Positions 35,600 to 44,092 of a stretch of 64,000 bases of DNA are shown here, one piece after another (the first letter of the stretch is position 1; every line of letters begins with the position of its first letter). A program made the translations under genes and the position numbers. Source of the DNA: Nitrospirales bacterium (GTDB lineage Bacteria > Nitrospirota > Nitrospiria > Nitrospirales > UBA8639); NCBI GenBank assembly GCA_965207015.1, contig OZ242257.1, positions 461,253 through 525,252 on the forward strand, given 5' to 3'. Under the pieces are notes generated by a model. That model did not search any database, had not been told where the DNA came from, and saw only the letters and a program-made list of their open reading frames with translations.

Positions 35600-38032
35600 C
35601 TACGCGGTCTCCTGATAGAGCGCGGCTTGCAGGTCGCGGACTGCGGCAACGAATTTGTCCTTGCCGCCGAAGGCGTTGATCAACTGCACCGGGGTGCCGA
35701 GTTCGGTCAACGGCGGGATGCGCAGTACGCTGACGTCATCCAAGTTGAACATTCCCTCGTCGGCGTATTTGACAAGCAGGGCGTCGAGCACGGCGCGGGC
35801 CTGTTCTCCGTATTTGTTGAACACATCGCGTTTCTTGACGTTCGCGGCGCGCTCGCGGCGGGTGAGCGGCTTGGCGTCAAAGGCGACATGGCAGATGAGA
35901 TCGAAGGGGTCGAGATCCCTGCCAAGCTCTTGGGCGATGGCGTCGAGAGGCAGATCCGCGTCCTCCAATTCTTCGACAATCGCCTGCTTGCGCTCTGCCG
36001 CTCCCCAGCGCCGGAGGAAATCGTCGAGGCTGGCGAAGCGCTTTTTCAGAGCCTTCTTGGTGAAGTCGCGCAAGGACTCGGTGACGAGCTTGCCGTACTC
36101 GTCCAGAAATTCCACCCGCTCACCTATGACTGTGGCCTCGATACCATCCACGTACACTTTGCGCGGACTATCACGAGGGTACGGCGGGGGAGGGTCATCG
36201 ATAATGGTTTCATCCTCCCCAGGTTCCGCCGGAATGGGATCGTCGTCATCGTCTTGAGGTGGCACGTCGTCAGGCGGCACGATGGAATCGCCTCCACCCG
36301 GTTCGTAAGTCTGTACCGGTTCACCGTCGAAATCCGGGTCGGCGAAGTGATTGGTCGCGCCGCGAAAATCCATCAGGGTGAAGTAAAGTTTGTGTGTGTC
36401 GTCGTGTACGCGGGTGCCACGTCCGAGTATCTGCTTGAACTCGGTCATGGATCCGACTTCACGGTCGAGCACGATCAGCCTGCACGTTTGCACATCGACA
36501 CCCGTGGACAGCAGCCGCGAGGTAGTGACCAGCACGGGGTATCTGGATTCCGGGTCGATGAAGTTGCCCAACTCCGCTTGGCCTTCGGGGTCGTCGCCGG
36601 TGATGCGCATCACGTAGCGATGGTTTTGGTCCACCAAGTCGGCGTTCTGGTTGACGAGCGTCTGCCGCATGCGCGTGGCGTGTTCTTGGTCGACGCAGAA
36701 GATGATTGTCTTGTTGAAGCGACCGCCGCTTTCCTTCAGGAATTCCGTCACCTTTTCGGCGACGACTTTGGTCCGGCCGTCCAGCACTAGGTTACGATCG
36801 AAGTCCTTGGTGTTGTAGATGCGGTCTTCGACTTCCTTGCCGCTCCGGTCGCGTTGGCCTTTCTCCGGCCGGTAGCCTGCTACGTCGCGGTCGATATGGA
36901 CCTTGATGACTTTGTAGGGGGCGAGGAAGCCGTCCCTGATTCCCTGTTTCAGGGAGTAGGAGTAGACCGGCTCGCCGAAGTAATGGATGTTGGACACGTA
37001 GCGAGTTTCCTTGGGCGTGGCGGTGAGACCGATCTGCGTGGCTGTGGTGAAATATTCCAGGATTTCCCGCCAAGCTGAGTCGTCGGCGGCACTGCCGCGA
37101 TGACACTCGTCGATCACGATGAGGTCGAAGAAGGTGCGTGAAAATTCGCGGAATATTTTTTGACGTTCTTCTGGTCCAGTGATCGCTTGGTACAGGCTGA
37201 GATAGACCTCGTACGCTTTATCGATACGCCCGACGGTGGCAGGCGAGTCCTCTGAGGAACCGTCGTCGCGTTCGATGGTTCCCGCTCTGGTCGAAAGTTT
37301 GGTCATAGCCGGACCAAAGGGCCGGAAGTCGTTGACCATGGTTTGGTCCACCAGCACGTTGCGGTCAGCCAGGAACAGGATTCGTTTTTTGCGCCCTGCC
37401 TTCCACAGTCGCCAGATGATCTGAAAGGCTGTGTAGGTTTTGCCGGTTCCCGTCGCCATGACAAGCAGAATGCGGTTGCGTCCTTTGGCGATGGCTTCGA
37501 TGGCGGCGTTGATGGCATTGACCTGATAGTAGCGCGGGGTTTTGCCGCTGCCATCGTCAAAATAATCCTGAAGGACGATTGCCTCTTCTTCGGAGGTTAG
37601 GCCTTTCCACGCGCAATAGCGTGCCCACAGGTCTTTTGGCGAGGGGAAGGAATCGTTATCGAGCGTGGTTTCTTTTTCAACGCCGGTGCCGCTCCGGTCA
37701 TGGAAGACGAACCCATCACCGTTGGAGGAGAAGACGAAGGGCACCTGCAACGTTTCGGCATAGTCGAAGGCCTGTTGCATGCCGTCGCCGATGGCATGAG
37801 TATTGTCTTTGGCTTCGATCACCGCAATGGGGACGTTGGGCTTGTAACAGAGGATGTAGTCGGCCCGCTTGGCCTTGCCCCTGCTGACCAACTTCCCGCG
37901 CACGATGATGCGGCCCTTGGTGAAACTGACCTCCTCGCGGATTTGCGTCATCTCGTCCCAGCCTGCCTTGCGAAGGGCGGGCGTGATGAACTTGGTGCAG
38001 ATGTCGCGCTCGCTCAGGTCTTTCTTATTCAT
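35600..38032 (-). CDS. hsdR: type I restriction endonuclease subunit (EcoAI/EcoEI-like, probably family IB)
   Basis: Nuclease N-terminus (ADYIL...IEAKD), MATGTGKTYTAFQ, VIDECHRGS (DEAH), and a C-terminal EcoEI-R-like tail, 810 aa. Confidence 0.95.
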   Translation of the reverse strand: MNKKDLSERDICTKFITPALRKAGWDEMTQIREEVSFTKGRIIVRGKLVSRGKAKRADYILCYKPNVPIAVIEAKDNTHAIGDGMQQAFDYAETLQVPFVFSSNGDGFVFHDRSGTGVEKETTLDNDSFPSPKDLWARYCAWKGLTSEEEAIVLQDYFDDGSGKTPRYYQVNAINAAIEAIAKGRNRILLVMATGTGKTYTAFQIIWRLWKAGRKKRILFLADRNVLVDQTMVNDFRPFGPAMTKLSTRAGTIERDDGSSEDSPATVGRIDKAYEVYLSLYQAITGPEERQKIFREFSRTFFDLIVIDECHRGSAADDSAWREILEYFTTATQIGLTATPKETRYVSNIHYFGEPVYSYSLKQGIRDGFLAPYKVIKVHIDRDVAGYRPEKGQRDRSGKEVEDRIYNTKDFDRNLVLDGRTKVVAEKVTEFLKESGGRFNKTIIFCVDQEHATRMRQTLVNQNADLVDQNHRYVMRITGDDPEGQAELGNFIDPESRYPVLVTTSRLLSTGVDVQTCRLIVLDREVGSMTEFKQILGRGTRVHDDTHKLYFTLMDFRGATNHFADPDFDGEPVQTYEPGGGDSIVPPDDVPPQDDDDDPIPAEPGEDETIIDDPPPPYPRDSPRKVYVDGIEATVIGERVEFLDEYGKLVTESLRDFTKKALKKRFASLDDFLRRWGAAERKQAIVEELEDADLPLDAIAQELGRDLDPFDLICHVAFDAKPLTRRERAANVKKRDVFNKYGEQARAVLDALLVKYADEGMFNLDDVSVLRIPPLTELGTPVQLINAFGGKDKFVAAVRDLQAALYQETA

Positions 38033-38138
38033 AAGCGCATGATTTTATATGTTGCGTTGAAGTTGCACAATGTGCGGTATGGAGCCGCCTGACTTTACAT
38101 CCTTACTCCGGCTTTTTCCTGGTGGAGGAGGAGTGAAG

Positions 38139-38161
38139 CGCCATGAGATGGCGCGGCTACG
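38139..38161 (-). repeat. inverted copy of the 23-nt head of the 153-bp repeat (right edge of island)
   Basis: The reverse complement, TAGCCGCGCCATCTCATGGCGCT, is identical to 27624-27646. Confidence 0.8.
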
Positions 38162-38177
38162 ATAGGAAAGGAAAAGG

Positions 38178-38215
38178 CAAAGACGCTGGATCCCTGATCA
38201 GATCGGGGATGACAG
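38178..38215. repeat. REP-A copy (inverted)
   Basis: CAAAGACGCTGGATCCCTGATCAGATCGGGGATGACAG. Confidence 0.85.
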
Positions 38216-38244
38216 AAGGGGAGAGGGTGGTTTTATTTAGTTCG

Positions 38245-38526
38245 TTACTCGATACTCTTCAATTTTCCCGTTACGAATTTGTGGAGGGTGCTGGAGATGA
38301 GGGTTTGGTAGGGCATCCCTTCCTTTGCCGCTTTTTTTTGCAGACTGTTCAAATCGCGTGACGAGATCCGAATGTTGATTCGCTTGTCCTTTTGAAGGAA
38401 CTCGTGGGCCGCCTCTTCCAGTTGACGCTTCGCTTCTTTGAAATTGTTGATACTGGTCAGTTCCCCCCGTTCAAAGTCCTGGAGGATCTTCATCTCTTCC
38501 CTGTCTAATTTGAGAGCGTTCTTCAT
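38245..38526 (-). CDS. ribbon-helix-helix (BrnA/CopG-like) antitoxin, apparently orphan
   Basis: AAGGAG SD 8 nt before the internal Met. RINIRISSRDLNSLQKKAAKEGMPYQTLIS matches the RHH 'PYQ[ST]LI' pattern. No intact toxin ORF lies upstream. Confidence 0.6.
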   Translation of the reverse strand: MKNALKLDREEMKILQDFERGELTSINNFKEAKRQLEEAAHEFLQKDKRINIRISSRDLNSLQKKAAKEGMPYQTLISSTLHKFVTGKLKSIE

Positions 38527-38644
38527 TTGAGGTACTCCTTTGTCGGTTCCATTCTGAATATGAAAGAGGATGGCTTGAATCTCATGTTGTGTGCCTTTTG
38601 TCAACGCCAATGTCGTCATAACTACGAGATTCCTCGCTACGCTC

Positions 38645-38752
38645 GGAATGACAAATGACGCTGGATCCCCGATCAGGTCGGGGATGACAGACAAGAAACA
38701 AAGGCAAAGACAAAGACACTGGATTCCCGATTAAGGATGTCGGGAATGACAG
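38645..38752. repeat. two REP-A copies (inverted)
   Basis: CTGGATCCCCGATCAGGTCGGGGATGACAG and CTGGATTCCCGATTAAGGATGTCGGGAATGACAG. Confidence 0.85.
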
Positions 38753-38773
38753 AGAGAGGCAAAGGAGGGGAAC

Positions 38774-39301
38774 TTATAAATGCAAATGTTTCATGGCAGC
38801 GGCGCAGAGGATGATGAAGATGCCCATCCAGAGGCCGGCTTTTTGGAAGGGGATGGGTTCGACGATTTGTTCTTCTTTTTCCTGTTCGTCTTCCTCGCCC
38901 GTGGGTTCGATGCGGAAGATGACGGTGTAGAGGAACAGGGTCAGGATGCCGAGTACCAGGGTGAGCTTGATGAAGAAGACCGTCAAATACTTGGCGTTGT
39001 TGGACAGGCCGAAGCCGGTCTGCATTTCCATGGCTTCGCTCACGTAATGCAGATTGATGCCGCCCGTGAAGAGGATCACCACCAGCAGCATGCCCACCAC
39101 CTTGCGATACTGCTTGTAGAAGGTGTCGCAGATGGGTTTGATGTATTCCTTGGGCACGGACGATTGCAGCCCGGGCGTCACCGCCATGACCAGGAAGGCC
39201 AGCCCGCCGATCCACACGACGGCCGAGAGCAGGTGCAGCCAGTGATTGACAATGGGAATGATTTTGTTGATATCGGACAGCGTGGCCAGCAGGGCATCCA
39301 T
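38774..39301 (-). CDS. integral membrane protein (CopD-like 4-TM)
   Basis: The internal Met lies in an ATGA overlap with the radical-SAM stop. WLHLLSAVVWIGGLAFLVM and further TM helices. Confidence 0.55.
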   Translation of the reverse strand: MDALLATLSDINKIIPIVNHWLHLLSAVVWIGGLAFLVMAVTPGLQSSVPKEYIKPICDTFYKQYRKVVGMLLVVILFTGGINLHYVSEAMEMQTGFGLSNNAKYLTVFFIKLTLVLGILTLFLYTVIFRIEPTGEEDEQEKEEQIVEPIPFQKAGLWMGIFIILCAAAMKHLHL

Positions 39302-40665
39302 CAGAATTTGAACACCGGTTTTTCGTTGCCGAAGCGTTTTTGCCGAAGCTCTTCCATCAACTCCACGGTGATGCGTGGGATGTTGTGTTCGCGGGCGTGC
39401 CGTTCGGTGCCTTTTTTCACCATGGCGCGCAGGAAGTAGGGGATCCGGCTCAACCGCGCCTGCGCGGCTTCGTCCCATTCCACCTCGACCTCCTCGGGCA
39501 CGTTGAACGCGACCTGGATTTTTTCCCCGCCCTTGGGCGTGTACAGGCACCACTGATCCTCATCCATCCAGTCCCCGTGATCCACGTAGGGCCGCGCCCG
39601 GCAGCCGCCGCAGATCTCGCTGTATTCGCAGTCGCCGCATTTGCCCTTCAGGTGGGGATACCGGAACGAGTCGAAGATGTCCGACTTCTCCCACAGGTCC
39701 ACGAAACTGGTGTCCCGGATGTTCCCGGCCGACAGGGGCATGTAGGGACACGGGGTCAGGTCCCCGTTGGGGGTGACCCGCGCGTAGTTCGTCCCGGCCA
39801 GGCAGCCCCCGCCCATGTATCCCTGGGCCTTGGTGATCGGAGAGTCGGGGTCCTTTTCATAGGCTAGGCGTTTGAAGTGCGGGGCGCACCGCGCGCGCAC
39901 CAGCATGTCCGAATACCGGTCCTGGCTTTCCACCAGGAAGGCCAGCACCTCCTCGTACTGTTCGGGGGTAATGTCGGTTAGTTCTTCGCCGCGGCCCGTG
40001 CAGACCATGAAGAAGACGTTCAGCACGCGCGCGCCCAGGCCGTGGGCCCAGTCGATCACGTCCGGCAGTTCCTTGTAGTTCATGGGTTGGGCGCTGAAGT
40101 GCACCTGGAATTGCAAGCCGTTCCGTTTGCAGGCTTCGATGCCCGCGACCGCCGCTTCCCAGGCCCCGGGAATGCCGCGAAACGCGTCGTGTTTGGCCGC
40201 GTCGAGGGAGTCGATGCTGATGCCCATGCCCATGACGCCGATCTCCACGAGTTCGCGGGCCAGGCGGTCGTTGATGAGCATGCCGTTGGTGCCGAAGACG
40301 ACCATGAACCCCTGGCTCACGGCGTGACGCGCGATGTCCAGGATGTCTGGCCTGACGAGGGGTTCGCCCCCGGTGATGACCAGCAGGCAGCCTTTATTGA
40401 CTTCGGCGATCTGATCGATGAGCCGGTAGCATTCCTCGGTCGAGAGCTCGTCCGAGCCGCCCCCGGCCTTGGTGGTGGCGTCCAGATAGCAGTGATCGCA
40501 TTTCAGATTGCAGCGTTTGGTCAGGTTCAGAGCGACGAGGTAGGGCTTGAAATCATCGACGGTTCGGCCGTCGCCGGGACCAACTCCGGGAGACGTAAAC
40601 CCGGTGACGCGGGAGTCGAGCCCTTCCCCTTGGGGGGCATTGATGACAGGGAGTGATTTGCCCAT
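39301..40665 (-). CDS. radical SAM/SPASM protein with a C-terminal PCP-reductase-like domain
   Basis: CNLKCDHCY (CX3CX2C) and a SPASM Cys cluster (GKCGDCEYSEICGGCRARPY). The C-terminal EVEWDEAAQARLSRIPYFLRAMVKK... matches the repeats in the next gene. Confidence 0.85.
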   Translation of the reverse strand: MGKSLPVINAPQGEGLDSRVTGFTSPGVGPGDGRTVDDFKPYLVALNLTKRCNLKCDHCYLDATTKAGGGSDELSTEECYRLIDQIAEVNKGCLLVITGGEPLVRPDILDIARHAVSQGFMVVFGTNGMLINDRLARELVEIGVMGMGISIDSLDAAKHDAFRGIPGAWEAAVAGIEACKRNGLQFQVHFSAQPMNYKELPDVIDWAHGLGARVLNVFFMVCTGRGEELTDITPEQYEEVLAFLVESQDRYSDMLVRARCAPHFKRLAYEKDPDSPITKAQGYMGGGCLAGTNYARVTPNGDLTPCPYMPLSAGNIRDTSFVDLWEKSDIFDSFRYPHLKGKCGDCEYSEICGGCRARPYVDHGDWMDEDQWCLYTPKGGEKIQVAFNVPEEVEVEWDEAAQARLSRIPYFLRAMVKKGTERHAREHNIPRITVELMEELRQKRFGNEKPVFKF

Positions 40666-40671
40666 GGCTCC

Positions 40672-42723
40672 CTATTGCTGGGCGCCCGCGCCGGTCAGTT
40701 TGGCGATGATTTCCTTGACGTTGCCGGACTTCATGGCTTCTTCCATGGTCTGCTTGGCCTGTTCGATCCCTTCGTTCGCCACGTCGATGGTGATCCGGGT
40801 GGTGCCCAGCTTGTCGGCGTGCTTGATGATGAGGGCCCGGGTGCAATCGCGCATGAAGCCTTCCGGCGCGCGTTCCAACCGTTTCAAGGCCTCGGGTTCC
40901 CAATCGTAGGGAGAGTCGGGCTTCGGCCCGTTCGGCTGAGGGGCAGGTTGTTCCATTTCCGCCTCCTTGTTGGCGAAAATCGGCGTGTAGTCTTCGTTGG
41001 CGGCTTCGTCGATCATGGGCGAGGCATACTCCAGGGTGATCGTGGTCATGCCGAGTTTTCTCGCGGTCTTTTCGATCTTGGCTTTGGCGCGGCGGCGCTG
41101 GAACCCCGCGGGCACCGCCCGGATGGCTTCCTTGGCGTCCTTGGTCCATTGCATGGGCACGTCGTCGTATGCCAGTTGCGTTTCCAGGACCCCCTCCTGC
41201 TTGGCCGCGGCGTCGAACATGCTCTTGTCGACGGTTTTGAATCCGTCGCCCGCGCCCCCGCAAATCGGACATTTCACGGGTTGGGCGCCCTTCCCGATGT
41301 ACCCGCATCCGTCGCAGACGTAATACGGCTGGGCCATGCGGTCCAGATAGGATTGCGTGGACGGGCTGACCGCGGGATTCGCCGCGGGCTCCTTTTCCTC
41401 GACCACCTGGTTGACCATGCCGCTGAGGGTCGAGCCCATCAGGTCCTGGGCCACGGAGTCGTCGGCCTGCATCTTGTCGCGGTCGATGCCCGCCTCGTCG
41501 AGTTGGCCGCCCAGGGCTTTCATCGCGTCCATGGCGCCTTTGGGCAGGATGTCGCCGACCGCGTCGTCCACCACCGAATTGCTGATGATAGTATGCCCTT
41601 TCTCAATGGCATAGCGGTGAATGGCGGTTTTGGCGACGCCGCGCGCGAACACCGGCACCTTTTCCATGCGCAGCAGGGCTTCCTCGGTCCAGGCAATGGT
41701 GTATTCCGCCTGGGTGTCGATCGGCGGCACGAATTTCCTGTTGGAAACCAGGACGTTACAGGTGGCCGCCCGGAGCAGGTTCTCGGTGTTGCTGCCGATA
41801 TCCATGTCGTCGTCGCTGTGCACGCCGATGCGCCCGACGATCAGGAGCCAGGGTTGTTCCTTGCGCACGTACTGGAGGACTTTCTCGAAGACCTTGCCGT
41901 CCAGGAGCGTGGTGCGGACGTCCGATCCCTCTTCCTGGGCCACTTCCCGGGAAATGTCCAAATGCGACTGGTAGATTTTGGCCAGCCCGCTGTCGATGAC
42001 TTCCTCATGGAGTTTTTCCTGTTCCTTGAACCGGAAGACCTTGCCGGCCTCTTCGTTCAGGACCCCGGAAATGCTGTGGAACGCGGCATAGTGGAAGTAC
42101 GGATCGAACGCGGAAATGGCCTCGACCGGCTTGTTCAGCGCTTTCCCTAGGGCCAGGCCGGTTTTCAGGCCGCCGAAGCTGTACGGGCTGCCGTCCACGG
42201 CCACGACGATTTTCCCGCCGTTCATGGGCTTCAGGTCTTTCACGATGAACATGTCCGAATTGCGAACCCGGCGCAGGACCCGTTCGGTATTGCTGCCGAT
42301 CACGGAATCTTTCACGGCGCCCACCCCGAGCGAGCCCATGATGGTCAGGTCGTAGGCGTTGGCGTTGATGTCCTCGGCCAGCACCTTCCAATTGCGACCT
42401 TCGAGGGACCGGCGCTCCAGGGGGAGATTCGACTCGGTACATCTCTGATCCACGTAGTCCAGATAGGAATCGGTGATGATCTGGAGCCCGCGCGTGATGA
42501 GGGAGTCGTGAATCTTGCGTTGGCGGTCGAGTTCTTTTTCGTCGTGATATTCCTCGGGCAGGCCCGCTTCCATCTGCTTGAACCGCTTGTCGTGCATCTT
42601 GGCGGCATAGACGTGGCTGCCGACGATTTTCGATCCGAATTCCTGTGCCAACCGCACACCCAGGTCGACGGCCATATTGGAATGGTCGGAATTGTCGACC
42701 GGGATGTAGATGGTTTTATACAT
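40672..42723 (-). CDS. multidomain universal stress protein: 2 USP domains, 3 PCP-reductase-like domains and a rubredoxin-like zinc knuckle
   Basis: USP N-terminus (KTIYIPVDNSDHS, KIVVAVDGSPYS). The W.E.A...L...P.F.R motif is repeated three times. YYVCDGCGY...KCPICG. Confidence 0.8.
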   Translation of the reverse strand: MYKTIYIPVDNSDHSNMAVDLGVRLAQEFGSKIVGSHVYAAKMHDKRFKQMEAGLPEEYHDEKELDRQRKIHDSLITRGLQIITDSYLDYVDQRCTESNLPLERRSLEGRNWKVLAEDINANAYDLTIMGSLGVGAVKDSVIGSNTERVLRRVRNSDMFIVKDLKPMNGGKIVVAVDGSPYSFGGLKTGLALGKALNKPVEAISAFDPYFHYAAFHSISGVLNEEAGKVFRFKEQEKLHEEVIDSGLAKIYQSHLDISREVAQEEGSDVRTTLLDGKVFEKVLQYVRKEQPWLLIVGRIGVHSDDDMDIGSNTENLLRAATCNVLVSNRKFVPPIDTQAEYTIAWTEEALLRMEKVPVFARGVAKTAIHRYAIEKGHTIISNSVVDDAVGDILPKGAMDAMKALGGQLDEAGIDRDKMQADDSVAQDLMGSTLSGMVNQVVEEKEPAANPAVSPSTQSYLDRMAQPYYVCDGCGYIGKGAQPVKCPICGGAGDGFKTVDKSMFDAAAKQEGVLETQLAYDDVPMQWTKDAKEAIRAVPAGFQRRRAKAKIEKTARKLGMTTITLEYASPMIDEAANEDYTPIFANKEAEMEQPAPQPNGPKPDSPYDWEPEALKRLERAPEGFMRDCTRALIIKHADKLGTTRITIDVANEGIEQAKQTMEEAMKSGNVKEIIAKLTGAGAQQ

Positions 42724-42975
42724 GAGAAGCCTCCTTACGAAACTTCACGAGCCGAATCGCGTCTCACACCTTCAGTGGGATTCAAGAAGTCACACCAAGA
42801 GCGTCAAAAAATTGAAAGGCGATCTTAGCACCTGGCATTTGGGCAATGCAACCTGATTGACGGATGGAGGGACCGATCATTTTTTGTATGGAATGATCGT
42901 TCTTTTTCGAAAATTGCCGTCAGCCCGTCTGCGCATGTCAGCCGCCGGTTTGGTCAGGAGAAAGATGGCCGTGGC

Positions 42976-43332
42976 TCAGCCTTCGAAGGCTCTGAGGAAT
43001 TGCAGGAGTGATCTGCGCAGCTTGCCGGGCATCCGGCGGATCTGATGCAGCAGGGCTTTTTCTTCGCTGGTCAGGGCCCCATAGTCCGGTTTCGGCGACT
43101 TTGCCACCGACTCACGCCCGCGGGAATGCATCCTGCCGGTGGCGAGCCATCGTGGTTCCTGGCCCAGCAGACTGGCGAGGGCGAAGAAGTGATTCAACTT
43201 CATATTCTTGGTCAAGCCCTGCTCCCATTGATTGACTGCAGACGGAGAGATATGCAGCGCCTTGGCGACGTCCGCCTGAGACAAACCCGCCTCTTTCCGG
43301 GCGGTACGAATTCTTTCGGTCAACGTATTCAT
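42976..43332 (-). CDS. XRE-family HTH regulator, tandem paralog 1
   Basis: LTERIRTARKEAGLSQADVAKALHISPSAVNQWE plus a conserved C-terminal LL.QIRRMP..LR..L.FL motif. Confidence 0.8.
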   Translation of the reverse strand: MNTLTERIRTARKEAGLSQADVAKALHISPSAVNQWEQGLTKNMKLNHFFALASLLGQEPRWLATGRMHSRGRESVAKSPKPDYGALTSEEKALLHQIRRMPGKLRRSLLQFLRAFEG

Positions 43333-43473
43333 GAAAGAATGTTTCTTTTGAGGGCATCAGTATGCTTCCTTTTCAGGAAAGTATGACTTATTTCATGAAG
43401 TCAGCATGGAGAATATTTCGGGTCCTGGTTCGGTCGTGTGAGGGCGTCGGGGTGCGCCGCTGCGTTATCAGGC

Positions 43474-43854
43474 TCAGTGGCGGGGTGTGTTGGGCGGGAC
43501 GTCGAGGTTGTGCAGACCTTTCAGAAACCGAAACACCAGTTTTCGCAGGGTGTCCGGCATTTGGCGAATATAATGCAGCAGCGTTCTTTCTTCGGTACTG
43601 AGTATCGGACCCTGTCCTGCCGGCTGCCCTTTCTCTCGCGCTCGCGGGTGCACCTTGCCGGTCGCCAGCCATTGCGGGTCCTGGCCCAGCAAATGGGCCA
43701 GGGCGAAGAAATACTCCAGTTTGATGTTTTTGGTGAAACCGTGCTCCCACTGATTGACCGCTGACGCCGAAATCCGTAGCGCCTTGGCCACATCCACTTG
43801 GGACAAGCCCGCCTCTTCCCGGGCCGTGCGAATCCTTTCGGGTAGTGTCTTCAT
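43474..43854 (-). CDS. XRE-family HTH regulator, tandem paralog 2
   Basis: Same architecture and closely related sequence. Confidence 0.8.
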   Translation of the reverse strand: MKTLPERIRTAREEAGLSQVDVAKALRISASAVNQWEHGFTKNIKLEYFFALAHLLGQDPQWLATGKVHPRAREKGQPAGQGPILSTEERTLLHYIRQMPDTLRKLVFRFLKGLHNLDVPPNTPRH

Positions 43855-44092
43855 GGCAAGAATCTTTCCCCCCTTTGTTCAGATGGGACCAAGTATCCGC
43901 CATTTTTGACTAAGTATGCTTGAATAAAGTGTTTGTGTGCAGATTTTTTCATGACGCCGGGCAGGGCACGTGGGGCGTGACGGGGGCTTCGAACAGTTCT
44001 GAAGCCCAGTGCCGGGTCCCCGGCCCAGGTCACGAATTTCGAAGACATGTGTTGGGAGTGACAACAAGCGGAAAGGGGGCGGTGGAGAGGTA

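Larger units (their letters stand above)
27624..38161. other. accessory (probable defence) island of about 10.5 kb
   Basis: Bounded by inverted copies of a 23-nt motif. 27.9-34.1 kb is visibly AT-richer than the flanks. The content is entirely accessory (ImmA operon, Ubl cassette, type I R-M). No integrase is seen. Confidence 0.6.

Noticed and set aside
27624-38161. I searched the island for an integrase, transposase, conjugation or phage structural genes, and for retron, CRISPR-Cas, CBASS or Argonaute-type modules.
   Set aside because: No ORF shows tyrosine- or serine-recombinase, DDE, reverse-transcriptase, CD-NTase or Cas motifs. The island is therefore not called a mobile element.
42832-42855. 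Sigma-54-like TGGCAT...TGCA element (CTGGCATTTGGGCAATGCA) upstream of the USP gene region.
   Set aside because: The GG-to-GC spacing is 12 nt rather than 10. The element is on the plus strand, pointing at minus-strand genes, and its reverse complement has no -24 GG.
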